The notes beneath the pieces were generated by a model. That model ran no database searches. It had not been told where the DNA came from and worked only from the letters and a program-made list of their open reading frames with translations. A stretch of 33,000 nt of DNA from Octopus sinensis (Eukaryota): positions 58,261,464 to 58,294,463 of the forward strand of contig NC_043011.1 of the NCBI RefSeq assembly GCF_006345805.1, in the 5' to 3' direction. This document shows, one piece after another, positions 10,050-21,897 of this stretch. Positions within the stretch are counted from its first letter, which is position 1. Every line of letters starts with the position of its first letter. Made by a program: the position numbers and the translations under genes.

Positions 10050-10640
10050 ATATATATATATTATATATAATATATATATATATTATATATATATATATGC
10101 ATATGTGGCGTATATAGAAGGACATTGTTATATTTATTGCGGAACGTACATGAAGCCCTAAATGTTTTTGATGGAGCTATGCAAATATATATTTCTAAAA
10201 ATCGAAAAAGAAAAAAAAACAAACGAAAAAAAGAACTGGAGAACAGAGACAGACAGCATTGAGTTTGAGAAGAATTTTGAACAAAATAAAAAAGAATACA
10301 CAATCATAGAGATGTGATGAGTCGGGAGGCAGAGCATCTCATCTTTTCGGTCTCCGAAAGATTCAATGATTAAAAAATAATAACAATATAGGAAAATGAA
10401 AGGAAGACATTAATATTTTTCTTAAATCATTGTAGATATTTTTTTTTTTTAGATATTTATTTGTGATTCAAAATTGAAAGTTTATTCCATAGAAATAAAA
10501 CTTGAAACAGATTTACGTTTTTATACGTTGGAACATGTACAATAATAATGCATATACAAATATAAGCATCAACGTATAAATGCAAATTTTATATACATGA
10601 ATAAATACACGTGCGTATGTATGTGGTGTGTGATTGTGCA

Positions 10641-10691
<51 letters not shown>

Positions 10692-10697
10692 TATATA

Positions 10698-10737
<40 letters not shown>

Positions 10738-10741
10738 TCAT

Positions 10742-10852
10742 AGGCGTAAGTGTATCTGTAAGATAAGAGGTTTGCTTTTCAACCATATGCTTGTGGTTCA
10801 AGTCCCACTACATACCAAGTTGAGCAAGCATATTCTAAGCCTTTGGGCCGAT
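10742..10852 (+). mobile_element. SINE family 1, diverged 5' fragment
   Basis: TTTGCTTTTCAACCATATG...GGTTCAAGTCCCACT...TTGAGCAAG...GGGCCGA. Confidence 0.6.
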
Positions 10853-10891
10853 CTATATATATATATATGTATTAAAATTATAAATATCAGC

Positions 10892-11042
10892 CATGATCTG
10901 ACTCTAAAACCACCTTAATCGTCCATATATCACCACGGAGAAAAACCAAAGCGACAAGATGAAACTAGTAATACATTACTGATTAATTCTAGATCCCGGA
11001 TTGATATATGGCCAATTAAGGTGGTTTTAGAGTCAGATCATG
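10892..11042. mobile_element. MITE-like element with 41-bp terminal inverted repeats
   Basis: 10892-10932 pairs with 11002-11042 at 39/41 matches around a 69-bp core. No target site duplication is evident. Confidence 0.65.
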
Positions 11043-11053
11043 TCTTCTATTAA

Positions 11054-11256
11054 CAAAGCCTGAACATTTTAGTGGAGCGGAGGTGGGGTACTCTATTACA
11101 CCGACCCCAGTGCTCAATTGTGGTACTTATGCAATCAACAAGGACGGGATAAAAATCAATATCAACCTCGGCGGAATTTGAACTCAAAATGGTGGACGAG
11201 ATGTCGTTAATAATTTTATCTGGTGTGCTAAAGATTCTGCAAGCTCACCATCTTGA
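11054..11256 (-). mobile_element. SINE family 2, diverged
   Basis: GACCCCAGTGCTC...CCTCGGCGGAATTTGAACTC...GATTCTGCAAGCTCACC is the reverse complement of the family 2 head and body. Confidence 0.75.
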
Positions 11257-11294
11257 AGTGTAATAATAATAATCCTCCTTTTGTTATACGCCCA

Positions 11295-11447
11295 AGACAT
11301 TTTGGAAATGTGGTCTAGTCGATCACACTGGCACTTATTTTAACACGGCGAGAGGAGGAAAAGCGAAACAGAAATTAGCAAGCCGGACGAAATGCTGCGA
11401 AGCATTTCATCCGGCTTGCTAAGGATTCTGCCTCCGCCCCACCTTGA
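11295..11447 (-). mobile_element. SINE family 2, rearranged copy containing a 22-bp hairpin
   Basis: The head (GATTCTGCC...CCACCTTGAA) and ACTGGCACTTATTT body are present, but the B-box region is replaced by an inverted duplication (11375-11422). Confidence 0.6.
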
Positions 11448-14400
11448 ATGATTTGTAAACACTTCTCTTAAATTAAAGAGGAAAAAAAAGGTTCGGATCG
11501 ATTATTTCTACGTAATTGCCCCCATGAACTCTGTCATTTCCATTCTCACCAAATTAGCCTTCATTCATTCTGGTTCGATAAAGTTCCATCCCCTTACAGG
11601 GCTTGTCTTTCTATCTCCCTGGAAAAATGCGGTTTTGATTAAGCCCAGGAGAAACGAACTTTGCCATGTTTAACATTACCCAAGTCATGCAGTAAAACAT
11701 TGATGCCCTTACGAATACACGAAGGAACTGAATGCCGAAGATCAAGACAATATTTACAAGGTCACTACCACACTTCACAGTGGAACAAACTTCAAACGAA
11801 TTGTATTTCCATTACTTAAAATGGTGTGTGAAGCTGAAGCAATTTTGGTTATGTTAAAGGATTTCAATGTGTTTGGTAATCGAATGTCTAAAGCTAAATC
11901 AATGCTTTCCATGATATTACGCGTGAGGAGCTAACGACGTTGTATCTAACACTCCAGAGGTTTGTGAAGCTTGGATCATTGACTTTAATTAATAGTGTGT
12001 ATAGAATTAACACGACTTTCTTTCCTTAATCGTTTGGGCGAATATAAATCCATTAATTTAATTAACAGAGATTGAGGAAAGGTCCACATAATTTATAACG
12101 CGCAAGTTGGGAAAATGGATTCTAAAATACTGAGCCGTTGTCATCATCTTTATAAGGCAGACGTTCTCTGAGATGAATGCACAACAGTTGGTAAACTTTG
12201 CTTTCCTCTTGAGTAGATTTCCTGATTCTGGATTTGTGTCTTGCCTCCAAAGAAAAAACGAAGAAAAGAGACAAAAAATGGGTTAGATCTAGTTTATAAA
12301 TACAAATACAAATCGTTTTCTTTCTATTCTATCGTATGCAAAGATACCTACGAGACATAGGTAACCTTTTCCGAGAACCGGGTCACATGAGAGTTGGATC
12401 ATAGTCAAACAAGCTGCACTTCGAAAATTTCGGCGTAATGTTTTGTTCTTTGAGCAATTCAGAAAGTCCCAGTACGGTAGTCTCCCCGAGATTCATCTAT
12501 ATCATTTCTTATTTACTCCGTTACCAATGCAGCAGTTTTGATAAGAAGACTGAATGTGGCTCCTATTCATAATAATTAAAGTATTTGTTACGTGCTCTAT
12601 ATACGTAAAACTATAAAGCTTGAAAACAGCTTTTTAAATTCCATTTGCCGATTGTTTTATTATGGTAAATATGTAAACACAATTGTGAAATCAAGCATAG
12701 TACGGTATGGAGAAAAGATTTTCCAAAATTTGTCATGGGAAGAAATACGAGGCAAATGCCAGAGAAACCTGATTTACATGATCTGTATAAGTATGTGATA
12801 TGTTAATGTTAGTTCTAGTTAGATCCAGCTCAGTTCTGTTGAAGCTATATTATAGCCAAAGGAATTTTATCCCTGCTTATTCTTGCTAGCCAGTCGACCT
12901 ATCGTAGGTTTTTATCGTTGGTTACAATGTAAAGAGTTTTCCAATGGGTGTAGTAGTGAACCAGCGGTTACATGTGGATCTTAGACTTTTAGAAATATAA
13001 TTTTCCAACATGTTAGTAATTTTTTTAACAAACGGTATCAAATTAGTTTTTGTCTAATGAAGGGTGTATGGATTGCTCATTAAAATATCGGTGAAGTTAC
13101 ACGAAGAGGGCATGTTATTTATTGACATATTATCAGTATAATGATATCATATTGTTGCCGTTATTTCACCATTAGTGATCACAGAATTGAAAAGTCATGT
13201 AATGATACGTGTTCCAGTTATGACCATCCCATATATACATATGTATCTTCTCAAATTAGTGAGTTTTGAAGTTCATTACAAATGCCTTTGGCATTCACCA
13301 GTATCAAACCCAAATCAAAATGCGATTTATGACGCCCATGTCTTAGAGAAAGACATTAAGAGTAGATGAGAACTAGACACTAACGCGAACTCTGAAGGAC
13401 TGGGTTGCTGTGTATATCCCCTTTTAAGCATTTCTGCTACAAAACCTATGAAGCCTCGGTTGTTTAAATGCAGATACGTTAAAAATATTTAAACCGTTGA
13501 ATGTATCAGTAATACTCAATATTACAAGTTTCTGTGAAATATATTATGTCATGTATGATGTAGAAAATATCCAGTAAAATATTATATTTAAAAGAAAATT
13601 AAGACTTTCTCTTTTGTAACCAGAACATCAATCTACAGTTATTGTTAACAGCACATGCTATTGGAAAGTTGGTGCATTCCAGAAGAATGAAAATGTATTG
13701 GAACAATATATGAGTGAAAGTAATCTTCATATTTGGCGTATTTTAAAATATATCTTTATTCAAATTATTAATTTAGACCTTATGTAAACGGGCAAGAAAT
13801 ACATGGGAAGAGGCAGGCACACAAATATATATTTACTGACTAACGCTATTGGAAGCATATTTTAATTTACGTATGTTCCGAAGTGTATTTTTCTTTCGCG
13901 GGTTGAATATTCATAATTACGTGTATTCACACAAATATGTACGCTTATATTTGGTAATATATGCCAAACTGTGTGCGCTATATATATATATAAATAAATA
14001 TATACATACACAGAGGCACACAGTCTCACACACACAAAAATATACAAGGACACACCCACACACCCACATACATACGTTGTTTACTTCGTAAGAATTTAGA
14101 AAATTTGAGAAATGAAAGAAAGAATTCGTTTATAACGATGAAACTCATTATTTACAGACTATTATTCATAGCTGTATCTATTTCGAGTTCCATCGTTAAA
14201 GACGAATTATATATGTATACACCCACAGACACAGACACATACACAAACACATACATACATGTATGAATGTATAAATATATATATATATATATGTATATAT
14301 GAATACGCACAAACACTCACTCACACACACACACACTCACATACACACAGACACATATATATACGCATGTGCGTGTGCATTCATTATTTATGATGTATAT

Positions 14401-14544
14401 ATCTACTTATAGTCTGTTCCAGCTCAATTTCAGAGTTTGTAGAAATGGAAAAGAAACTACACTATATTTAAAAACCGCGTAAATACTGACATTATGGCAG
14501 GGAGGCAAGAATTTCTTGGTGCCGCAGGCAGAGTGGTCGTGTCC

Positions 14545-14920
14545 TTCTCAACCGCATCCCATACATAGTTATCCTCTGGACTAAAATCGGGGGAATGAGG
14601 AGGCCAGGAATCGGGGCTAGTGAAGTGGAAGAAATTCCCAGATCACCACTTCTGACTCATTCCGAAGGTATGACAACGAGTTAAATCCTGCTGCCACACA
14701 AATGGCATCCCACCAGCAACCCTCTCCAGTCAAGGCTGGTACAGTCGTTCCCACAGCTTCCCGTCGCCGTCTGAATGGAGTCAAAGACCCAGTTCAATGT
14801 TATCGGGCGGTGTGTGTTCACTATCACTGTAAAGAAACACAAAGACAACCACTGTTTGGACAACGTACTTCATGCTACATGGAATATATCCATGTTTCGT
14901 CTTACAGACTTTACAGTATT
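14545..14920 (-). pseudogene. Decayed Tc1/mariner transposase, maT (DD37D, Bmmar1-like) catalytic region
   Basis: The minus frame reads VVVFVFLYSDSEHTPP...LERVAGGMPFVWQQDLTRCHTFGMSQKW*SGNFFHFTSPDSWPPHSPDFSPEDNYVWDAVEKDT. The second D (14685-87) and third D (14571-73) are separated by 37 codons. It contains several stops. Confidence 0.85.
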
Positions 14921-15067
14921 TACAGAACATTGAGCAACAATCATGATGTCGGAATTTTGATATCCGGCGCCAATTATCCTGATACAGGTAACCCTTTATC
15001 AATATCTATGAGGTTATCTCAACTACAACTTTAATTGTTGTGCATTCAAACACACTTGACTGCTTAC

Positions 15068-15091
15068 CAATACCAATACATCAAATAGTTC
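15068..15091 (-). other. Candidate 24-nt micro-exon
   Basis: Minus strand: TTCTTATGTCTCGTTTCTTTCAG|GAACTATTTGATGTATTGGTATTG|GTAAGC. Phase 0 reads ELFDVLVL. No flanking exons are established. Confidence 0.25.
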
Positions 15092-15161
15092 CTGAAAGAA
15101 ACGAGACATAAGAATCGTACTGTCTCACTAGCTGATATTATGTTGCTCATTTTGAATATAT

Positions 15162-15215
<54 letters not shown>

Positions 15216-15300
15216 CTATATATATATATATACATATATATACATACATACATACATATATATATATATACACATACATACACACACACACACACACATG

Positions 15301-15337
<37 letters not shown>

Positions 15338-15351
15338 GTGTGTACACATAT

Positions 15352-15748
15352 AGGCGCATGAGTTGCTGTGTGGTAAGTAGCTTGCTTACCAACCACATGG
15401 TTCCGGGTTCAATCCCACTGCGTAGCACCATGGGCAAGTGTCTTCTACTATACCCTCGGGCCGACCAAAGCCTTGTGAATGGATTTGGCAGACGGAAACT
15501 GAAAGAAGCCCGCCGTATATATGTATATATATGTATGTGTGTATATGTTTGTGTGTCTGTGTTTGTCCCCCTACCATTGCTTGACAACCGATGGTGGTGT
15601 GTTTACGTCCCCGTAACTTAGCGGTTCAGCAAAAGACACTGATAGAATAAGTGCTAGGCTTACAAATAATAAGTCCTGGTGTCGATTTGCTCGACTAAAG
15701 GTGGTGCTCCAACATGGCCGCAGTCAAATGACTGAAAGAAGTAAAAAA

Positions 15749-15749
<1 letters not shown>
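15352..15749 (+). mobile_element. SINE family 1, full length, low divergence
   Basis: B-box GGTTCAATCCC, CORE-like GCACCATGGGCAAGTGTCTT, internal TA/TG array and complete 3' half. Confidence 0.92.
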
Positions 15750-15789
<40 letters not shown>

Positions 15790-15791
<2 letters not shown>

Positions 15792-15833
15792 TATACGCAT
15801 ACAACAGGACATACACACACATCATTTTGAGAA

Positions 15834-15919
<86 letters not shown>

Positions 15920-15963
15920 GGAACAGGGACATACACACAAATAATTTTGAGAATAATTATATA

Positions 15964-16012
<49 letters not shown>

Positions 16013-16050
16013 GCATACAACAGGGACATACACACACATAAGTTTGAGAA

Positions 16051-16060
<10 letters not shown>
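15790..16060. repeat. Compound minisatellite: three copies of a roughly 45-bp core separated by (TA)n
   Basis: The core ACAGG(G)ACATACACACA...TTTGAGAATA occurs near 15800, 15920 and 16020. Confidence 0.9.
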
Positions 16061-16092
<32 letters not shown>

Positions 16093-16832
16093 TGCGTGTA
16101 CATACGCTTTCTGTTTGAGTGAATATAATAGAATATATATTTATATATATCAATATGTGTGTAAGCCTATATCGCGTGTGTTTTCGTATGTGTAATCGTG
16201 TCTATGTGAGTGTGTTTGAGATATGTAATGCTACAGTTTCCAATTTAGCAGATTACCAACGTGGCCCTGTGCTGCGTTAACTACAAGGCTTGACTGTTAC
16301 GTGCAGAACTTTGATTGGTAATATTTTGATTAACTCGGACATCGACGTTGCGTCAATTTTCTGGTTTTATACATAAGTTATGAACATAATACCTGTTAGC
16401 TGAAAAGATAATAAGATAAAAGGATCTTCAGGTTATAATAAGCTCAAATGTGACAGAGGATTTCGTATGCGATTTCCATGTTTTAGATTATGAGCGTCAG
16501 CATACAGTTTAGGAGGATTTTGGAGAGAGAAATACTTTATCTTCATTGACAATTGAAATAGATTCCGTCAATGGATTATGACTGTGTAAAAGATGTGAAA
16601 TGTCTGTAATAGTGGGATCCGCTAGCTTCCTGAAGTCTTGGCAACATCAATCATTAATTAATTCAGCTTATTAGTGACTTTCATTATTCACATAATTAAC
16701 CACGGCTGGAAATAAAGCGAATACGAAATCCTATATTGCATTTGAAATGATTATAATCGTCGGATAATTTTATATATTGCATATTCTTCGTACGAGTGTT
16801 GGACAACACCTTTAATAATATTAATGATGATG

Positions 16833-16903
<71 letters not shown>
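16833..16903. repeat. (AAT)n microsatellite
   Basis: Uninterrupted AAT array. It is the source of the poly-N and poly-L ORFs. Confidence 0.98.
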
Positions 16904-16904
<1 letters not shown>

Positions 16905-17560
16905 TAATTTTATGGTTATCTAACACTTTCATTACAGGAAATACTAATTCAGAACTATTGGTATTCAATTTGATGATCAGAAAATACCGGAGTCCCTCAC
17001 AAAATCTCGCATACCATGTACCGACTGATGTATCGAAGATCCATTCTTGAGAAGGCGACATTTCTGAGTAGCATGATATCGTACTATAAGACATTCAAGT
17101 GTTCAAACCTTTCTTTCCGACAACGGTATCATGTTCAGTTCTCTCTCCTTCCTTTCCAGCACTTTAAACTTCCGGATCTCCACCGGGAAAGGAAATTTTG
17201 TAGCTATTCAGTTAGAGCAGAACTATTGGCGATCTTACTGTAATACTACGACCTTTGGATTGCAAACTTACGGCCTTTTTTTCTGGAGATCAAGTGTAAA
17301 TGACAAGACTACGATTGGAATATTTCTGTTATGCATCAGTATTAGTTCCATTGATAGAAAAATACGGGGTTTCTCAACATATTGATATTTGTGAGACATG
17401 ATAGAGCCCTCTTGTAGTTTACCAGATTTATTAAATGTTCCTGGCGCTAATTAACTAAGATTTAGTTTAGGTAATGAAAATACGCATCAAAATCGCGTAT
17501 CAGATCTAATAAAGAGATTTTGATTTTTCTAGCAGGAGGATGTATTTAAGTAATAATTGT

Positions 17561-17562
17561 TC

Positions 17563-17608
<46 letters not shown>

Positions 17609-17665
17609 GAGAGAGAAGTGGAAGAGACAGACGGAGAGAGAGACGAGTGAGAAGAGAGAGGGAGA
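17561..17665. repeat. (GA)n-rich microsatellite
   Basis: Direct sequence observation. Confidence 0.95.
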
Positions 17666-17807
17666 AGGTGAGAAAAAAAGCCACAGGCGAAATACAGCTA
17701 AGCATTTTGCCTGATGTGCTAACGGTTCTGCCTCCTTTGCTTAATAATTAATTTATATGTATGTATCTATTTTTATGTATATAGCAGCACACACATACAC
17801 ACACACA

Positions 17808-17860
<53 letters not shown>

Positions 17861-18252
17861 TATTTCTTTACAGTCCACAAGGAGCTAAACATAGAGGGGA
17901 CAAACAAGGACATACAAATGGATGAAGTAGTCGTATTTCGTCTGCCTCTATGTTCTGAGTTCAAATTCCGCCGAAGTCGGCTTTGCTTTTCATCCTTTCG
18001 GGGGCGATTAAATAAGTGCCAATTACGCACTGGGGTCGATTTAATCGAATTAATCCGTTTGTCTGTCCTTGTTTGTCCACTCTGTGTTTAACCCCTTGTT
18101 GGTAGTAAAGAAATAGTCATTTAATCTATCGACTCCGAAAGGATGAATGGCAAAGTCGACCTCGGCGGAATTTGAACTCAGAACGTAAAACCAGACGAAA
18201 TGCTGTGAAGCTTTTCGCCTGCCGTCCAAGCGCTTCTGTCAGATCACCGCCT
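17861..18252. mobile_element. Nested SINE family 2 cluster: a plus-strand copy inside a minus-strand copy
   Basis: Minus-strand 3' end at 17861-17929, 5'-truncated plus-strand copy at about 17934-18113, and minus-strand 5' remainder at 18119-18252. TAGTC flanks both sides of the inner copy. Confidence 0.8.
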
Positions 18253-18470
18253 TCTTAAGTAAAAAATACGAATAATAATAATAAACCGGTAGTGTTAATA
18301 CCAATTAGTTGGTTACGCAATATTTAGGAAAAATATTTCACTCCACCACAACCAATCCCTTACAATATTGCCCATACTTGTAACTGAAGTATATATTATT
18401 CATAAGCTATAATGAAATTTTGATGAAGGTTTTTGTGCTAAGGTGTTGATTCACAGCTCTGTTCGTGTAG

Positions 18471-18532
18471 GTGATATCACGCAACAGCTTTATGACAACT
18501 GTGTGATGAGAATCCTCAAGAAATCTATAAAT
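18471..18532 (+). other. Candidate 62-nt exon
   Basis: CTCTGTTCGTGTAG|GTGATATC...TCTATAAAT|GTAAGG. Phase 1 reads (G)DITQQLYDNCVMRILKKSIN. No homology is recognised. Confidence 0.2.
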
Positions 18533-19013
18533 GTAAGGTATTAGAGCTTGTGTTAGGTAAATACCAGCACCATCCTTTCAAGCATTAAAGACGAGAAACT
18601 AGTTTAAGCTGGGGATTTATGCACAATGTCAGTTGTCAGGTTTAGTTTAGAATGCCTGCGCTACAAAAAAGAAACCAAACAAAAATAAACCAATGAGATA
18701 AGCTCCCGAAATCGATATCTCATAAATATTACTGGAAAATATTTTTCTTCGAGAATTTCATTGAAGATAAATTTACCTTACCTAATATCAGACATTCTCA
18801 GCTTGAGCATTAAGTTTCAACTTTCGTTCATGTTGCCAAGTTTTTTAATGATGAATATCTTCTATACATTTTTGTGTATGCCTGTGTGTTTGTGTGCGCA
18901 TGTGCTAACTCAACCACGCCAAAGATATACGTCTGAATTGTGCTTGGAAGTTTTATTTACTTTCATGAGGATTTACATACTATCTCAATTAAAAAAGGAA
19001 AGAAGTACATATT

Positions 19014-19244
19014 TGTTTCTTTACTACCCACAAGGGACTAAACATAGAGGGGACAAACAAGGACAGACAAACGGATTAAGTCGATTACATCGACCCCAGT
19101 GCGTAACTGGTACTTATTTAATCGACCCCGAAAGGATGAAAGGCAAAGTCGACCTCGGCGGAATTTGAACTCAGAACGTAATGGCAGACGAAATACGGCT
19201 ACGCATCTCGCGCGGCGTGCTAACGATTCTGCCAGCTCGCCGCC
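19014..19244 (-). mobile_element. SINE family 2, full length with target site duplication
   Basis: Complete head to tail with B-box GAGTTCAAATTCC. Flanked by GGAAAGAAGTACATATT (18997-19013) and GGAAACAAGTACATATT (19245-19261), 16/17 identical. Confidence 0.93.
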
Positions 19245-19307
19245 GGAAACAAGTACATATTAATAATATACTGGAACTTAAAGATTTCATTATCATCAAC
19301 ATATATA

Positions 19308-19640
19308 AAGACTTAAAAGACTCCGCCGGTTACGACGACGAGGGTCCCAGCTGATACGATCAACGGAACAGCTTGCTCGTGAAATTAACGTGCAAATGGC
19401 TGAGCATTCCACAGACACGTGTACCCTTAACGTAGTTCTCGGGGATAATCAGCGTGACACAGAGAGTGACAAGGCTGACCCTTTGAAATACAAGTACAAC
19501 TCATTTTTGCCAGCTGAGGGGACTGGAGCAACGTGAAATAAAGTCTCTTGCTCAAGGACACAACGCGTCGCCGGGAATCGAACTCACAACCTTACGTTCA
19601 TGAGCCGAATGCCCTAACCACTAAGCCACGCGCCCTCACT
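19308..19640 (-). mobile_element. tRNA-derived SINE, family 3, full length with 12-bp target site duplication
   Basis: The minus-strand head has A-box TGGCTTAGTGG and B-box GAGTTCGATTCCC, followed by CORE-like GTGTCCTTGAGCAAG and a short tandem tail. TCAACATATATA occurs at 19296-19307 and 19641-19652. Confidence 0.93.
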
Positions 19641-21189
19641 TCAACATATATATGCTGTCCTTAGAAGCAAAGTTCATTTGCTCGAATTTCAATTATGTTG
19701 TACCAACAATTCAGTCTGAATGACGATCCGTGTGTTTCTCTATTTATTTATTAGTTTTTGTTCTTAAAGAAAAGATTTAACACAACTGAATTCAACTCAA
19801 TTACTGTACAAATGAATGCGTAAGATAGGTCTTTTTTTTAACAGCTTCGCTTCAGATTTCCTAAATCTAACCTAACTATAGTTATATGAATTACCTTTTC
19901 TGACAAACGTATAACACTGCATAAAAATAGTCTGTATCTTCCCCCACCTCTTGAAAACCTGCCACACGAGATTTTACACAAGTACAATGTGCTTATTTGC
20001 CCTGTTTCTCTGCTTTTGTAACCATCATAATGTGGAGAAAAATATGTCTGCACGTAAATACGTACGTCAGTTGGAAATGCATAATTATAAAGAAATAACG
20101 GATGTAGACGAGGGATCAACTCTAAGCAATATAATGAACCTCATTATAGAACGGTTACTTTCTTTTTCTGATGTAGATGTAATGTAGGCAATATTATATT
20201 AACGGAATTCGAAAACTGATCGCAAAGTTATAAACCAAACGCTGTATATAATTTAGAATGACATTTAATTGATTCTGGAATTCTACCATTCCTCACCACG
20301 CCACTCTATTTTGTCAAAACAATGACAATAATAGCAGAAACAAGCGCAACAATGACAAAAAAAAAACAACAATTATGGACAACCATAGAATGCCGTATTA
20401 GAAGATAGCTTGAAAAGGAAAATACATTTCCTATTCTATGAAATTCGTGTATTTGTTTCGATTTAAAATTATTTAAGTAAAAAGAAGAAAGTTTAAAGAT
20501 ATATTTTTAAGTATCAAAAAATATCTTGAGAGATGTTTTAATTTTGTTTCTATGTAGTTTTTCTATTTCCTTCAAAATAATATCTCTGTAATATCTCGTG
20601 TGTTTTCTTCAATGAGAAAAGTGAATAAAATGTTGTTTGGCTTCCTTTTAACTACGAAGTTTATATTAAATTTTAAATTTTTATGTCTCCCCAGAACACA
20701 TCAATTATTTTAAAGAACAATACACGTCTTCAGAAAGTTCCCCATTGTTTGCTGAACTTTTTGAATTATTCAAAGTGGTATTCCATAATCACTATTTCTT
20801 TAAGTTATGAAATTGTTTATATTTAAATATCAAATTAAAAAAAACACAGAGTGACTGGAAATTTCGTGTTGCTCGAAATCTCGATGTAATCTTGACATAT
20901 GGAAAATTCTGGAAGCTATTTCGTTTTGTTATGCATTGCCCGAGGTGGATGATATATCTACATACACCTGACAGAAATACAGATAAGTTGTCACATAGAT
21001 TACTCTGAGATAATCCGGTATCTACTCCAATTCTGAGTGGTGAATTTAGGAAATGCAGTCTATGGTAATATGTCTAAGCGCAATATACGAATCTAAGTGA
21101 GGACGGGGTTCATAACATGAGGTAGGAATTGTGAATATTTTTTCTATTTTCTCTTCAATGGATGTGTTGAGTTATCAACAATCTGTTCT

Positions 21190-21897
21190 GTCGTCATTCT
21201 TCCGTTATTTCCAATTGTTCTTGGTTTGAAACTGCTTCCATTTCTTCATGCCGTTTCTACGGGACTCCATTACTTTCGGTGCTGGGTCTTCGAATACATA
21301 AACAAAAAATACTTCCACAGGAATTTTTCTCCGTTCTGCGGTATGTCTCTTCCTTAGCTGATTTATGTGTCTCCTATTTACCCAGCGTGGTTCTTTAAAT
21401 AGATATATCATATCTTATTTCCTATTTTTTTTTTAGTTACTGGGACATCCTCCCAGCCTTCTTTATCTTTTCTGTAGGTTTTAAAATGCACTTTATTTCC
21501 TACCTCGAAATATTTCGTTAGAAATTTCGTATTTCCTTTACATCATCTTTTTTACACTGGAAATAACTTATCACAATTCGACTTTATTCTTCTTTTGAAC
21601 ATCAACTCTGCGGGTGACTTTCCTGAATTTGTACTTGGATTGGGTGTTATTCTTTACAGTCTCAAGAATGTTGTTAGTGCTTCGTCGTTACTTAATTCCT
21701 TCCTAGCATTTCTTCGCTCTTTTGAATGTGTCCACGAATCTTTCTACCTGACCATTTGGGCTTGGATGGTAAGATGTAGTGAAAATATGCTTTATCGCAT
21801 ACATTTTAGTGTAGTTCTTGAATTCATACCCCAAGAATTGCATTCCATTATCAGAAACTAACATATCTGGAACATTGTATCGCGCAGACAAGTCATA
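21190..21897 (-). pseudogene. Decayed Ty3/Gypsy integrase core and C-terminal region
   Basis: ARYNVPDMLVSDNGMQFLGYEFKNYTKMYAIKHIFTTSYHPSPNGQVERFVDTFKR matches the Gypsy SDNGxQF...YHPxxNGxxER motif. Downstream are TPNPSTNSGKSPAELMFKRR and RRHINQLRKR, with frameshifts and stops. LTRs were not identified. Confidence 0.88.

Noticed and set aside
11705-11935. Stop-free plus-strand frame of about 76 codons (CPYEYTKELNAEDQDN...)
   Set aside because: It has no credible acceptor or early start codon and no recognisable family. This length is expected by chance.
12131-12244. 114-nt minus-strand exon candidate (ARHKSRIRKSTQEESKVYQLL...)
   Set aside because: It needs a rare GAG acceptor and a weak GTATTT donor, and no homology is recognised.
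16946-17385. Strong-looking acceptors at about 16949 and 17159 and overlapping ORFs
   Set aside because: No matching strong donors were found and the peptides are not recognisable.
19545-19640. tRNA gene
   Set aside because: A and B boxes are present, but there is no acceptor stem and the sequence continues into a SINE body with a TSD. It is a SINE head.
20860-21130. LTR of the Gypsy fragment
   Set aside because: There is no second copy, the purine tract is not adjacent to a TG start, and no TG...CA boundaries could be fixed.
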